This document shows positions 1 to 9,724 of a stretch of DNA of 64,000 nucleotides, in pieces. How positions within the stretch are numbered: the first letter of the stretch is position 1; each line of letters opens with the position of its first letter. The position numbers and the translations under genes were made by a program. Origin of the DNA: Thermodesulfobacteriota bacterium (GTDB lineage Bacteria; Desulfobacterota; Desulfarculia; JACQYL01); contig CAXXLZ010000002.1 in assembly GCA_963675595.2 (NCBI GenBank), positions 64,001 to 128,000 on the forward strand, read 5' to 3'. The notes beneath the pieces are model-generated. The model worked only from the letters and a program-made list of their open reading frames with translations, had not been told where the DNA came from and did no database searches.

Positions 1-2
1 AC

Positions 3-137
3 TACGTGGCCGCTGATATGGGGCAAGTGCTCTACCACGGGGTCTTGAGCTGTTCCAACAACCCCACCGAGATATTGGACTGCATTAGTGAATTCGGCTA
101 CGAGGAGTGTGTGCGATGTACGATAAAGAATCATTGA
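3..137 (+). CDS. sufC: C-terminal end of a SufC/SmsC-like Fe-S assembly ABC ATPase (truncated by window edge)
   Basis: Manual translation ...YVAADMGQVLYHGVLSCSNNPTEILDCISEFGYEECVRCTIKNH*; the C-terminal CxxC is typical of SmsC; it overlaps the start of the SufB-like gene. Confidence 0.75.
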   Translation, partial: YVAADMGQVLYHGVLSCSNNPTEILDCISEFGYEECVRCTIKNH

Positions 138-1342
138 GAAAACGTGCGGAACAGGCGGCCGAGAAGAAGGCGTCTCTCGGCACGGACATCGAGCTGTCCC
201 AGTACGACGCCTCCGCCGTTGCGCACGAATATCTGTCCGATCAGGCGCTGCTGGAATTACCCGATGAGGAGAGGTCCAGGTTGCTGATGGCCGGTTTGGA
301 CCTCTCCGAGAAGGAACGAGGAGGCACCTTCTTCCAAAAGGACACAACGGTCGTCCACTGCAAGACACGGCAGGAAGGGATACAGGTGTTGCCCGTCAAG
401 AAGGCGCTGGAGACGGAGGAATGGCTTGAGGAGTATTTCTGGAAACTCGTCGCAGTGGACGCGGATAAATACACCGCGGCCGCCGAGTTGGACCTCCACG
501 ACGGATACGTGATTCGAGCCTTGCCCGGCGCCAAAAGCGTTTACCCCGTGCAGGCCTGTCTTTACATGGACAAGGACGCTCATCAGCAAAATGTCCACAA
601 TATCATCGTGGCCGAAGAGGATTCGGAACTTCATATCATCACCGGATGCTCCACCTCTTCTCATGTGAAGAGCGGTTTGCATGTGGGCGTTTCCGAATTC
701 TTCGTCAAAAAGAACGCGAAGTTGAGTTTCACCATGATCCACAATTGGGCGGAAAACATGATGATACGCCCCAGATCCGTGGCCCGCGTCGAGGAAGGAG
801 GTCTATTCCTCAACAACTACATCTGCATGAAACCCGTCAGCTCTCTGCAGATGTATCCCACGACTTATCTCGAGGGAGAGGGAGCCGTAGCCAGATTCTA
901 CAGCATTATCGTAGGCAGTCCCGGCTCCGAGTTCGACATCGGAGGCCGCACTTACCTGAAAAAGCCGAAGACGCGTTCGGAAATCGTGGCCCGAACCATC
1001 AGCAACGGAGGCAAAATCATCGCCCGCGGACACCTCATCGGCGAAGCGGCTGAAATAAAGGCTCATCTGGAATGTAAGGGGCTGATTCTCAAAGGGGGAA
1101 CGATCCACGCGATTCCTGAACTCGAGGGGCACGTCGACGGAGTCGAAATGTCCCATGAGGCCGCAGTGGGCAAAATCGCTCAAGAAGAAATCCATTACCT
1201 CATGTCGAGAGGTTTAGACGAGGAAGAAGCGACTTCGACCATTGTCCGCGGATTCTTGAGTGTGGATATCCAGGGCCTTCCACCTCAACTGCAGGCGGAA
1301 ATCGACAAGACCATCGAGGAAAGCAACAAGAATATGATGTAA
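116..1342 (+). CDS. sufB: SufB/SufD-family (SmsB-like) Fe-S cluster assembly protein
   Basis: HLECKGL, IPEL, SHEAAVGKIAQEEIHYLMSRGLDEEEA motifs; start set at ATG 116. Confidence 0.9.
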   Translation: MYDKESLRKRAEQAAEKKASLGTDIELSQYDASAVAHEYLSDQALLELPDEERSRLLMAGLDLSEKERGGTFFQKDTTVVHCKTRQEGIQVLPVKKALETEEWLEEYFWKLVAVDADKYTAAAELDLHDGYVIRALPGAKSVYPVQACLYMDKDAHQQNVHNIIVAEEDSELHIITGCSTSSHVKSGLHVGVSEFFVKKNAKLSFTMIHNWAENMMIRPRSVARVEEGGLFLNNYICMKPVSSLQMYPTTYLEGEGAVARFYSIIVGSPGSEFDIGGRTYLKKPKTRSEIVARTISNGGKIIARGHLIGEAAEIKAHLECKGLILKGGTIHAIPELEGHVDGVEMSHEAAVGKIAQEEIHYLMSRGLDEEEATSTIVRGFLSVDIQGLPPQLQAEIDKTIEESNKNMM

Positions 1343-1364
1343 CTCTCGAGAAAACGACCGCCAA

Positions 1365-1393
1365 GGAGAGCCGCTCCCTTGTGAGCGGTTCTT
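1365..1393. terminator. Hairpin between convergent genes
   Basis: gagagccgctc-ccttgt-gagcggttctt inverted repeat. Confidence 0.5.
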
Positions 1394-1446
1394 CGTTGGG
1401 CAAAAGGGCGTCGTGACGGGAGAGAGCTCGAACACACGGCTTCAAC

Positions 1447-3132
1447 TCACACCGCGCTGCTTGCGTGGGACGACCGGAAATATTTCCATTCCAGCTTGTT
1501 TCTCTTTTTCATCACTTCGTCGTAGAGGTTCAGCACCTCGTTTTCGTATTTCGAGAAAGTCCTTTTCTTTCCTCTGCGGTATCGCTTGTTGAAGTAGCTG
1601 CTGTCCAGGACGCGGTCGCAGAGGAACATGACCTTCTCAAAAACCTCCTCGTCAAAACGCACCAGTTCCCGCTCCCTGGACAGAAACTCCGAAAGCAAAG
1701 ACAGCCTCTCCCTATAGGAGAGGGGTCTGGCGGACGCGTCTTTTGCTTCCAGGGCGTTTCTGAGGTTGAGCACCTCATACTCCTGCCTCAGGACCTCCAC
1801 CAGCTTCCTCACCGAACCCAGAAGCTCCGGGTATTTGAGTAGTTCAGGGATCGCTTCCGGATTGTCCAGATAGCTGGAGATGGTCTGATTAATCCTTCGA
1901 AACGTCCTCGACGAATACCCTAAGATAGCCCTGCGATGCTTCGAAAGCCAAGCAAACAAGAACTTCAGACGGCTTAAGTGGTCTTCCGTGCCATAGACGA
2001 CTTCCTGGCCCCTATACAGAATCTGTCCCTGATGCTCTCCGCGCACAATGTCGTTTAGTCGGACCACGTACCTGCGCGTGGTTCTCAAAAGATCCAGGTT
2101 CGTGAAGCGTTCCCCGGTCACGGGGTGAATGGCTTCCTGCTCCACGACCGAAAGCGCCCGGTCCTCGACGATGTTGTCGGGATTGTATTCATGCTGGATG
2201 TACGTGACCTTGAAGATGATCACCTTCCGCCGAGAATCCAGGAAGAAACCGCCGTCTTCCAGTGCCTGTGCTTCCGCCTTCGAATCAGTATCAACGGAGA
2301 CGAGAGCAAATTTCTCGATCAGGGGCCATCGTCCTTTACCTCTCGATGAAAGGAAGGTGATGACCCGGTCCGAGTTCCCCAAGACGGAAATGAAGAAGTT
2401 TTCGTTCATCTCGGCCAAGCGCAAGGCGAACATGGCGGCCGATGTTCGACGCTCGGACGCGATGGGAAAGCCGAACAGCTCCATGAGATAGCGATAGACG
2501 AACAGCCGGTTTCTTTCGTAAAGCTTGTCGTCGCCGCTTCTGAACTTCCTGATTCTCAGGCCGAACCGCTTGAGTTCCCAGTCCAAATCCGATGGAAAAG
2601 AGGCATAGATGCCGAGCAGCCTGTAGGACCCGTCCGCAGCCTGAGCGATCACGTGACCTCGATCCATTCGGCAGACGAAGGACAAAGTACGCGTATAATT
2701 CTTGAGCGAAGTAATATCGGCGGATCCCAGCTCGGAGATCAGGGTTTCGTGATCGCGCCTTGGAAGTCTGGCCAGAAACAAATCGATGTTGCGATGCATG
2801 ATCGATTCGGAGGATGCGTGAGACGTGGGAATGTGGAAAAAGTCGAACTGAAACGGCTCGTTTTGATAGACCAGTGTTCTGTCGAAAGCGAGTGTGGAGA
2901 AACCCGGCAAGTCTCTGTATTCCGTCAGTGAAGAATCGAACGGCGGCTGGAGCTCTCTGACCTCGGGTACGGGATAGTTGTCGGAATAAGGTTCTAGGAG
3001 GCCGACTTTGACCTGGGCGTGCTTTATGAATGATTTGAGAGTGAAGAGGTCTTTGATGCCTTCGCCGTCCCAAGAGGGACTGAATGGCAAGACTCCGCCT
3101 ATCTCCGCTTGGTGGAAATAATCGCCGGACAC
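1447..3132 (-). CDS. Hypothetical protein (561 aa)
   Basis: Long ORF with protein-like composition, downstream of the flagellar operon; no motif recognised. Confidence 0.8.
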   Translation of the reverse strand: MSGDYFHQAEIGGVLPFSPSWDGEGIKDLFTLKSFIKHAQVKVGLLEPYSDNYPVPEVRELQPPFDSSLTEYRDLPGFSTLAFDRTLVYQNEPFQFDFFHIPTSHASSESIMHRNIDLFLARLPRRDHETLISELGSADITSLKNYTRTLSFVCRMDRGHVIAQAADGSYRLLGIYASFPSDLDWELKRFGLRIRKFRSGDDKLYERNRLFVYRYLMELFGFPIASERRTSAAMFALRLAEMNENFFISVLGNSDRVITFLSSRGKGRWPLIEKFALVSVDTDSKAEAQALEDGGFFLDSRRKVIIFKVTYIQHEYNPDNIVEDRALSVVEQEAIHPVTGERFTNLDLLRTTRRYVVRLNDIVRGEHQGQILYRGQEVVYGTEDHLSRLKFLFAWLSKHRRAILGYSSRTFRRINQTISSYLDNPEAIPELLKYPELLGSVRKLVEVLRQEYEVLNLRNALEAKDASARPLSYRERLSLLSEFLSRERELVRFDEEVFEKVMFLCDRVLDSSYFNKRYRRGKKRTFSKYENEVLNLYDEVMKKRNKLEWKYFRSSHASSAV

Positions 3133-3232
3133 GAAACCAGAACCCCTGTGCGGAAACGCGTACCGTTCAACGGGCGACGAGGAGCTTCCGACCTCTCGTG
3201 CTCGCTCGGGATATCGGCGAAATTAGGGGAAA

Positions 3233-3763
3233 TCACAGGAGCTTGACTCGGTTGATCCAGATCTCCCTCACCACCGAAGACCCAATTTTCAGGTTGACGT
3301 TCCTGACCACCGTATTAAATCGCGAATAATGATCGGAAACCGCCCCTCCGCCGTGGAGCAAATGACCGTAGATCTCATGTCGGAGTTCGGGGAGGTGAGA
3401 AAGCACCAAGTCGCCGCGTTCCGAATCCACGGTCAAATCAACCGAAATGATTCTGTACGCCTTGCCTTCCGATCCCGCGGGAATGATGAAGGGTTTGAGT
3501 GATAGAACCCTTCGGTTGAACAATGCCGCCACTGCCGGCTTCCGGTAGATAAACGGCCCGATGCCGTTTCCCAGCCAATGGGCGTAACCCACGGCTATCG
3601 CCGACAATAGAAATAAGACAAGAAGCACATAAACGACGCCGGCCTTTCCAAACACCCGAAAGCGCTTCTCCCCGAATTCGCGACGTTCCTCGTTTCCGAC
3701 GGTACCCACCGAAAATTCTTGTGGAACAAAGCCCTTACGAACGGGCACGACATTCAAGGCCAT
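3233..3763 (-). CDS. Divergent FliL-like single-TM protein
   Basis: N-terminal TM helix then LKPFIIP...ISVDLTV...PELRHEIY...VREIWI, resembling the FliL C-terminal domain. Confidence 0.55.
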   Translation of the reverse strand: MALNVVPVRKGFVPQEFSVGTVGNEERREFGEKRFRVFGKAGVVYVLLVLFLLSAIAVGYAHWLGNGIGPFIYRKPAVAALFNRRVLSLKPFIIPAGSEGKAYRIISVDLTVDSERGDLVLSHLPELRHEIYGHLLHGGGAVSDHYSRFNTVVRNVNLKIGSSVVREIWINRVKLL

Positions 3764-3803
3764 GGTGCTTCTCCAGAAGCCGAGGGAACGGAGTTTCCGT
3801 TTC

Positions 3804-4184
3804 TCACTTCTTAAGAACCGCGTCGATCTTCCCGGAAAGCGTATCCGCGGTAAAAGGCTTCACGATGTAGTTGCTGACTCCCGCCTTAACCGCCTCGATG
3901 ACGTTTTCCTTATTCGCCTCAGCCGTCACCATAAGAAACGGAGTCTCCTTGAGGGAGTCGTCCGCCCGCACTTCCCGCAGCAGCTCGATGCCTGTCATGT
4001 TGGGCATATTCCAGTCGCAGATGATCATATCGTATTTAGTGGCCCTCATCTTCCGAAGTCCGACGACACCGTCCTCCGCTTCATCTATGTGAGCGTACCC
4101 AAGCTGCCTCAAGAGGTTACGTATGATCTTCCGCATGGTTGCAAAGTCATCCACCACCAGAAATTTTTTCTCTGAATCAACCAC
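3804..4184 (-). CDS. cheY: Chemotaxis response regulator CheY
   Basis: FLVVDDFATMRKII, DWNMPNMTG, MVTAE, YIVKPFT; GTG start after SD GGAGGAGG. Confidence 0.93.
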   Translation of the reverse strand: MVDSEKKFLVVDDFATMRKIIRNLLRQLGYAHIDEAEDGVVGLRKMRATKYDMIICDWNMPNMTGIELLREVRADDSLKETPFLMVTAEANKENVIEAVKAGVSNYIVKPFTADTLSGKIDAVLKK

Positions 4185-4390
4185 TGATCTCCTCCTCCGG
4201 CCTACAATTAGCTTCAAAGCCGACCAAAGCCGTCACCCTCCGGCATCCCGTGAAGAACGGGATTACAGGCAGGCCGCCGAAACACTTATGAGCACTCCGT
4301 GCTCGTTTCCCGAGAAACGGACGCACACGAAGCACGCAGCAGGGACCGGGACGCATCGCCGCTTCGTTGTTCGTGTCTTCCGACGGGCTG

Positions 4391-5164
4391 TCAGGAGATG
4401 CCGTTCATCGCGGCATTAATCTTCTTCTTAAGCGCCATCATGCACTTGGAATGAATCTGACTCACCCGGGACTCCGTAACCCCGAGCGCCTCCCCCACTT
4501 CCTTCATGTTCATGTCTTCAAAATAGTACAGGGACAGCACCAGTCGATACTTCTCCGGTAGTTCATCGATCGATCTGATAAGAACGCCTTTCAGCTCTTC
4601 CAACTCAATACGGTTCAGGGCGGTTTTGTCGTCCGGATCCGTCAAGGAATCGATCAACTGTCTCTGTTCCGTTCCGACCTGATTGCCGATGAGCTCATTC
4701 AGACTGATGGTTACCGTTCCGTTGACCTGCATCAGATATTTCAAATAGTCTTCCGTGGCCATCCCCAGGGCCCGGGCCATTTCTTCGTCCTCGGGTTCCC
4801 TCCCCAACTTGGACTCGAGCGCCTCGTAGGTCTCTTCTATCTTCCTTGCCATCGTGCGTACGGAACGCGGCGTTGGATCCAGCGATCTGAGTTCGTCAAA
4901 GACGGCCCCTCGAATCCGGTACTCGGCATAGGCTTCAAAGGGTACCCCTTTGGAAGGGTCATACTTCTCCACAGCGTCGATCAATCCGATAATTCCCGCG
5001 CTGTAGAGGTCCTCGGTTTCCGCGTGAGGAGGAAGCCGCATGCCAATGCGAGTGGCGATCCTTTTGACCATGGGAACGTGTTTTAGAATCCTCGCTTCCC
5101 GTTCCTCAGGAGTCAAGGCTTCCAGCCGAGCCGCCTTTTGGTATGCGTTCAAATTTTTCATCAT
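4391..5164 (-). CDS. fliA: Flagellar sigma factor FliA/WhiG (sigma28)
   Basis: DLYSAGIIGLIDA, YAEYRIRGAVFDELR, VTESRVSQIH. Confidence 0.95.
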   Translation of the reverse strand: MMKNLNAYQKAARLEALTPEEREARILKHVPMVKRIATRIGMRLPPHAETEDLYSAGIIGLIDAVEKYDPSKGVPFEAYAEYRIRGAVFDELRSLDPTPRSVRTMARKIEETYEALESKLGREPEDEEMARALGMATEDYLKYLMQVNGTVTISLNELIGNQVGTEQRQLIDSLTDPDDKTALNRIELEELKGVLIRSIDELPEKYRLVLSLYYFEDMNMKEVGEALGVTESRVSQIHSKCMMALKKKINAAMNGIS

Positions 5165-5480
5165 ATGCGCTTCCACAGTCGGGATCAATCGAAAAACCGT
5201 CGGTTCGACTTTTGGGCCCCTGTGGATACCATCCCCGGAGCGCAAGCCATCCGGGCAAAACCGGCGTCGATATCATCAAGAATCATTTCTCGGGAGTCAG
5301 TCCCGCGGCCCCCGCCTGTCCGCCCCTCGCCGGCGCTCCCCATTCCCGAAAAAGATTACTGAAACAAGCATACGAACGGAGAGGAATCAGCGGCCGAGAG
5401 GACGCCCAAATCCTTCTCGACGAACCGTATTTGATGAAAACCCAAGAACACCCCATGATCGGTCACAAGTCATATTTCTC

Positions 5481-6371
5481 TCACATCCCGCGATCATCCG
5501 CTTCACGAGACTCGTTCAAGAAACCCCTCCAAAACATCCTGGCCCTTCCCAATTCTCCCAAACGAACATTTCTCGCATCATCCTTGACCTTGAGAGCCAG
5601 TTTCTGAAACTGCCGGGAAGCGGGACTCTGGGGGTACGCTTCGACCACGGCCTTCTGTCGGCGAACCGCCTTGACGATATTTTGGTCGACGGGTATATGG
5701 CCGCACATTTCTAGTGAAACATTCAAGAACTTCTGAGTGACCATACTTAAGTGATTGAAGACCTGGTGAGCTTCTTCCTTGTTCTTCACCGAATTAAGCA
5801 ATACTTTGAAACGCTCTCCAGAGTACTTCATTGAGCTTACTTTCATCAAAGCGTAGGCGTCTGTAATGGAAGTCGGTTCAGGAGTGACAACTACCATGAC
5901 TTCTTGCGCCATGGCATTGAAATACATAACATTAGAGGATATTCCCGCACCTGTGTCAATTAAAAAAACATCGATGTTTTCGAGTATTGACTCCAATTCG
6001 GACGCTAACCCCATCTTCTGATCAGGAGACAAGTCGGTAAGCTCCTGTACACCGGAGCTCGAAGGAAGAATCTTTATTCCCAATGGCCCTTCCACCAAGA
6101 TATCTCGGGCACGAAATTGGCCGTTCAGAACATGCTGAATATTATACGTCGGCGTAAGCCCCAATAGAATGTCTATGTTGCCTAGTCCCACGTCCGCATC
6201 CAGTACCAGCACCCGTAATCCAAGTTGAGCCAAAGAACACGAAAGGTTGACGACGACATTAGTCTTTCCCACTCCTCCTTTCCCACTGGTCACGGCCAGT
6301 ATGAAGGGAGAATTCCCGTGTCCCGATTTAGCGTTCTCCGCCATTCCTCTCAAGCCGCTCGCCTGATCCAT
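5481..6371 (-). CDS. flhG: MinD-like flagellar number regulator FlhG/FleN
   Basis: MDQASGLR N-terminus, SGKGGVGKT, DTGAGI, TPEPTSITDAYAL. Confidence 0.95.
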   Translation of the reverse strand: MDQASGLRGMAENAKSGHGNSPFILAVTSGKGGVGKTNVVVNLSCSLAQLGLRVLVLDADVGLGNIDILLGLTPTYNIQHVLNGQFRARDILVEGPLGIKILPSSSGVQELTDLSPDQKMGLASELESILENIDVFLIDTGAGISSNVMYFNAMAQEVMVVVTPEPTSITDAYALMKVSSMKYSGERFKVLLNSVKNKEEAHQVFNHLSMVTQKFLNVSLEMCGHIPVDQNIVKAVRRQKAVVEAYPQSPASRQFQKLALKVKDDARNVRLGELGRARMFWRGFLNESREADDRGM

Positions 6372-6376
6372 CCTTA

Positions 6377-7621
6377 TCAGTCCTTAGCCCAGCAGGTTTT
6401 CCCGAAAAGCACTTTGAGCAGCATTTGCGGGGTCGCCGACTCGACATCGTCGGGCACTCTTTGACCGTTGGTGAGGTAGGCCAGTGGAAGGCCTCCGTCG
6501 CAGATTCTCGACAGCATGGGGCCGAAGTGGCCGCACTCATCCGTTTTCGTGATCGTCAAGGATTCCGGAGAGAGCCGGGAAAACCATTGCACCGCGTGAT
6601 GGGCGTCCATCTCGTTCGTTGTCGCACCAATTAACAGCATACAGTGAACCCCTTGGGACTCACGGAATGCCTGTCTGAGCTCTTCGACGTATCCGCCGTC
6701 GCCGGGCCCCTTTCCCGCCGTGTCCACATAGACGCGATCGAACCCTTCCAACCCTTTAAGAACACGTGGCAAGTCTCGGACCTGTTCCACGGGTTTAAGG
6801 GGAATTCCAAGAATATTTGCATACACCTTGATCTGTTCCACCGCGGCGATACGAAAGTTATCCACAGTGACAAGCGCCACCTTTCTACCTTCCGTAAAAC
6901 GATCCATTGCCGCGAGCTTGGCGATGGTCGTCGTCTTTCCAACTCCCGTAGGGCCCACAAGCGCAACCACTCTGGGAGGCACTCGACGCAAATCGGCACA
7001 CTTGACCATTCCGGAGAGCGAATCGGTGAGGCGACGTCCTATGCTCATCCCCTCTTCCGTGCACGCCTGCGCTCGTTTCAGCAAGCGCAGGCTCGTCCGA
7101 GGGTGAACCCCCGAGCCCAACAACTTGCCGAACACAAATCGCAAATCCCGATCAAACCCGAGTTCTTCCAGATACAGAGGATCGACCCCCGGAATCTTGT
7201 TCACAGTATACCATGATTTGTCAAACGTTGGGGGATTCTGTGCCCCGCCGAAGATTTCTTCTTCAAGGGGCTGTTCACCCGGCACTCTTTTGGGATCGGT
7301 TGTCGTTTCGGCGGTCTCGGTCCTCTTCGACGAGGGCGCTTCCAAGCTCCGGAAGCCACCGGCCTTTGAAGGTTTCCCGGAAAAGGATGAGAGTCCGCGT
7401 ATCCCTTTCGAAGCCGGGGGTTCGTCGGGTTTGGCTCGACTCTCCCCGGGAGACTCCGTAGCGGCCATCACTTCAACCCACTTACCGCCGACCATGCCCA
7501 ACAGGCCGTGGTCCTTTCTAAAATAGCGACTGGACAGAATCAATGCGTTCGGTCCCAGTTCCTTTTTCACTTTCTCCAGGGTCTCCTTCAAAGACCGGCC
7601 CTCATATCGTTTCAAATGCAT
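6377..7621 (-). CDS. flhF: SRP-type GTPase FlhF
   Basis: GPTGVGKTTTIAKLAA, DTAG, TKTDE, GQRVPDD. Confidence 0.95.
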   Translation of the reverse strand: MHLKRYEGRSLKETLEKVKKELGPNALILSSRYFRKDHGLLGMVGGKWVEVMAATESPGESRAKPDEPPASKGIRGLSSFSGKPSKAGGFRSLEAPSSKRTETAETTTDPKRVPGEQPLEEEIFGGAQNPPTFDKSWYTVNKIPGVDPLYLEELGFDRDLRFVFGKLLGSGVHPRTSLRLLKRAQACTEEGMSIGRRLTDSLSGMVKCADLRRVPPRVVALVGPTGVGKTTTIAKLAAMDRFTEGRKVALVTVDNFRIAAVEQIKVYANILGIPLKPVEQVRDLPRVLKGLEGFDRVYVDTAGKGPGDGGYVEELRQAFRESQGVHCMLLIGATTNEMDAHHAVQWFSRLSPESLTITKTDECGHFGPMLSRICDGGLPLAYLTNGQRVPDDVESATPQMLLKVLFGKTCWAKD

Positions 7622-7624
7622 GGG

Positions 7625-9703
7625 CTACACCTTTACCGTTCCGAGGGACTGGATTTTCGCTTCAGAGGAAATCTCATTGTGAGATAGGATCGCCAGATTG
7701 GGGAAGAAACGTTCGGTCAATTTTTTCAAGTGGGGCCTCACAACAGGGGAACACAGCAGGACCGGCTGGAAGTTCAAACGGGCGAAGGACTCGTTCGCTC
7801 TGCTGATCTCCGTGATGATTTTCTGGGCCGTGCCCGGATCCAGGCTCAGGTAGGTTTCCTGATCCGCCCGTTGAATCGATCCGCTGATCAGGTCTTCTAT
7901 GCTCTTGTCCAAAGTCATGAGCGGCAATTTGCCGTCTTCGAGCTGGTACTGCTTGGTGATGGTTCTCGCCAGACTTTGGCGCACATATTCCGTCAAGATA
8001 TCCGTGTTCTGAACCATCGGAGCATAGTCCGCCAGGGATTCGAGAATCGTCAGCAAATCCCGGATGGACACATTCTCCCGAAGCAGATTCTGCAGCACTT
8101 TTTGAACCTGCCCCACGCTAAGAAGCCCCGGTACCAGTTCCTCGACCACTTTAGGATGGGTCCGGGCCACATTGTCGATGAGTTTCTGTGCCTCCTGTCT
8201 CCCTATCAGCTCATACGCATGTCTCCGAATCACTTCCGTCAGGTGCGTGGCCATAACCGTAGAGGGCTCGACCACCGTATAACCGGCCATCTGCGCTCGT
8301 TCCTTCTCGCCGGGCCGAATCCATTTGGCGGGAAGCCCGAAAGCCGGTTCCTTCGTATCGATGCCGTGGATCTCCTCCGAGATTTCTCCCGCCTTGATCG
8401 CCATGAGATGGTCCGGCTCCAACTCTCCTGAAGCGACCTGGTTACCCTTGATCAGCACCGAATATTCGTTGGGCCCCATTTGTAGATTATCCCGAATGTG
8501 AAGCGGGGGCACGATGAACCCCATCTCCATGGCAAATTGTCGTCTGATGGACTTGATCTTCTCGAGCAGACTGCCGTCCTGCTGCACATCCACCAGGGGG
8601 ATCAGTCCATACCCGACCTCCAGCTCCATGGTGTCCAGAGCCAACAGACTCTCCACCTGCTCGGGCCCTTCCGCTTCCGCTTTGGGTTCTTCCGCTTCTC
8701 TTTCCGCCTCGGTGACTTCCTTCTTTGTCTCGCGATACCCTAAATAGGCGATGGTCCCCATGAGCAACGAGAGGGCCATGAACGGAATACGGGGAAGGCC
8801 GGGAACCAAGCCGAAGAAAAAAATGATGCAGGAAGCAAGGCCCACGGCTCGTGGACTCAAAAACAGCTGCCTTGTGACATCCTTTCCCAAATCCCCTTCG
8901 GCCGTGGCGCGAGTAACGATGATGCCGGCCCCTGTGGAGATCACCAAGGCCGGCAGCTGAGACACCAGTCCGTCTCCAACAGTGAGCAGGGTGTAGGTTT
9001 CGGCGGCTTCAGTGAAACTCATCCCCTGCTGAAGTACTCCGATGAGCAGCCCGCCCACGATGTTGATGATCGTGATGATAATTCCGGCGATGGCATCGCC
9101 TCGAACGAACTTACTGGCACCGTCCATCGACCCGTAGAAATCCGCTTCGCTCGAGATTTCCGTTCTCCGGCGGCGCGCCTCGCTCTCATCGATAAGCCCC
9201 GCGTTCAGATCCGCGTCTATGCTCATCTGCTTGCCGGGCATGGCGTCCAGCGTGAACCGCGCGGCCACCTCGGCAATGCGTGTGGCGCCTTTGGTGATCA
9301 CCACGAAGTTGATCAATACCAGAATCAGGAAGACGACCAGGCCGACCACGTAATTTCCACCCACGACAAAAGAACCGAACGACTGAATCACGGTCCCCGC
9401 GGCGGAAATGCCCTCGTCGCCGTGCAACAGAATCAATCTGGTTGATGCAATGTTGAGAGACAGCCGGAACAAAGTCATGATGAGCAGGACGGAAGGGAAG
9501 GACGAGAAGTCGAGCGCCTTCTTCATGTACATGGCTACGAGCAGGATGATGACGCCCATCGTGATATTGAGCGAGAGCAAAAGGTCCAGAAGAATCGTGG
9601 GCAGGGGCATCATCATGATCATCAGGACGCCCACCACCCCGACCGCCAGCATTATGTCGCTCTGGTCGAATGCCCTTTTCAATGTTGACGCTTTGGCCGG
9701 CAT
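7625..9703 (-). CDS. flhA: Flagellar export protein FlhA
   Basis: RIAEVAARFTLDAMPGKQMSIDADL, FYGSMDGASKFVRGDA. Confidence 0.98.
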   Translation of the reverse strand: MPAKASTLKRAFDQSDIMLAVGVVGVLMIMMMPLPTILLDLLLSLNITMGVIILLVAMYMKKALDFSSFPSVLLIMTLFRLSLNIASTRLILLHGDEGISAAGTVIQSFGSFVVGGNYVVGLVVFLILVLINFVVITKGATRIAEVAARFTLDAMPGKQMSIDADLNAGLIDESEARRRRTEISSEADFYGSMDGASKFVRGDAIAGIIITIINIVGGLLIGVLQQGMSFTEAAETYTLLTVGDGLVSQLPALVISTGAGIIVTRATAEGDLGKDVTRQLFLSPRAVGLASCIIFFFGLVPGLPRIPFMALSLLMGTIAYLGYRETKKEVTEAEREAEEPKAEAEGPEQVESLLALDTMELEVGYGLIPLVDVQQDGSLLEKIKSIRRQFAMEMGFIVPPLHIRDNLQMGPNEYSVLIKGNQVASGELEPDHLMAIKAGEISEEIHGIDTKEPAFGLPAKWIRPGEKERAQMAGYTVVEPSTVMATHLTEVIRRHAYELIGRQEAQKLIDNVARTHPKVVEELVPGLLSVGQVQKVLQNLLRENVSIRDLLTILESLADYAPMVQNTDILTEYVRQSLARTITKQYQLEDGKLPLMTLDKSIEDLISGSIQRADQETYLSLDPGTAQKIITEISRANESFARLNFQPVLLCSPVVRPHLKKLTERFFPNLAILSHNEISSEAKIQSLGTVKV

Positions 9704-9724
9704 TACAAGTCACCCGTTCGAATA

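Noticed and set aside
5700-6330. AT-richer patch inside flhG as foreign DNA
   Set aside because: It lies inside an intact conserved gene, with no mobile-element signs.
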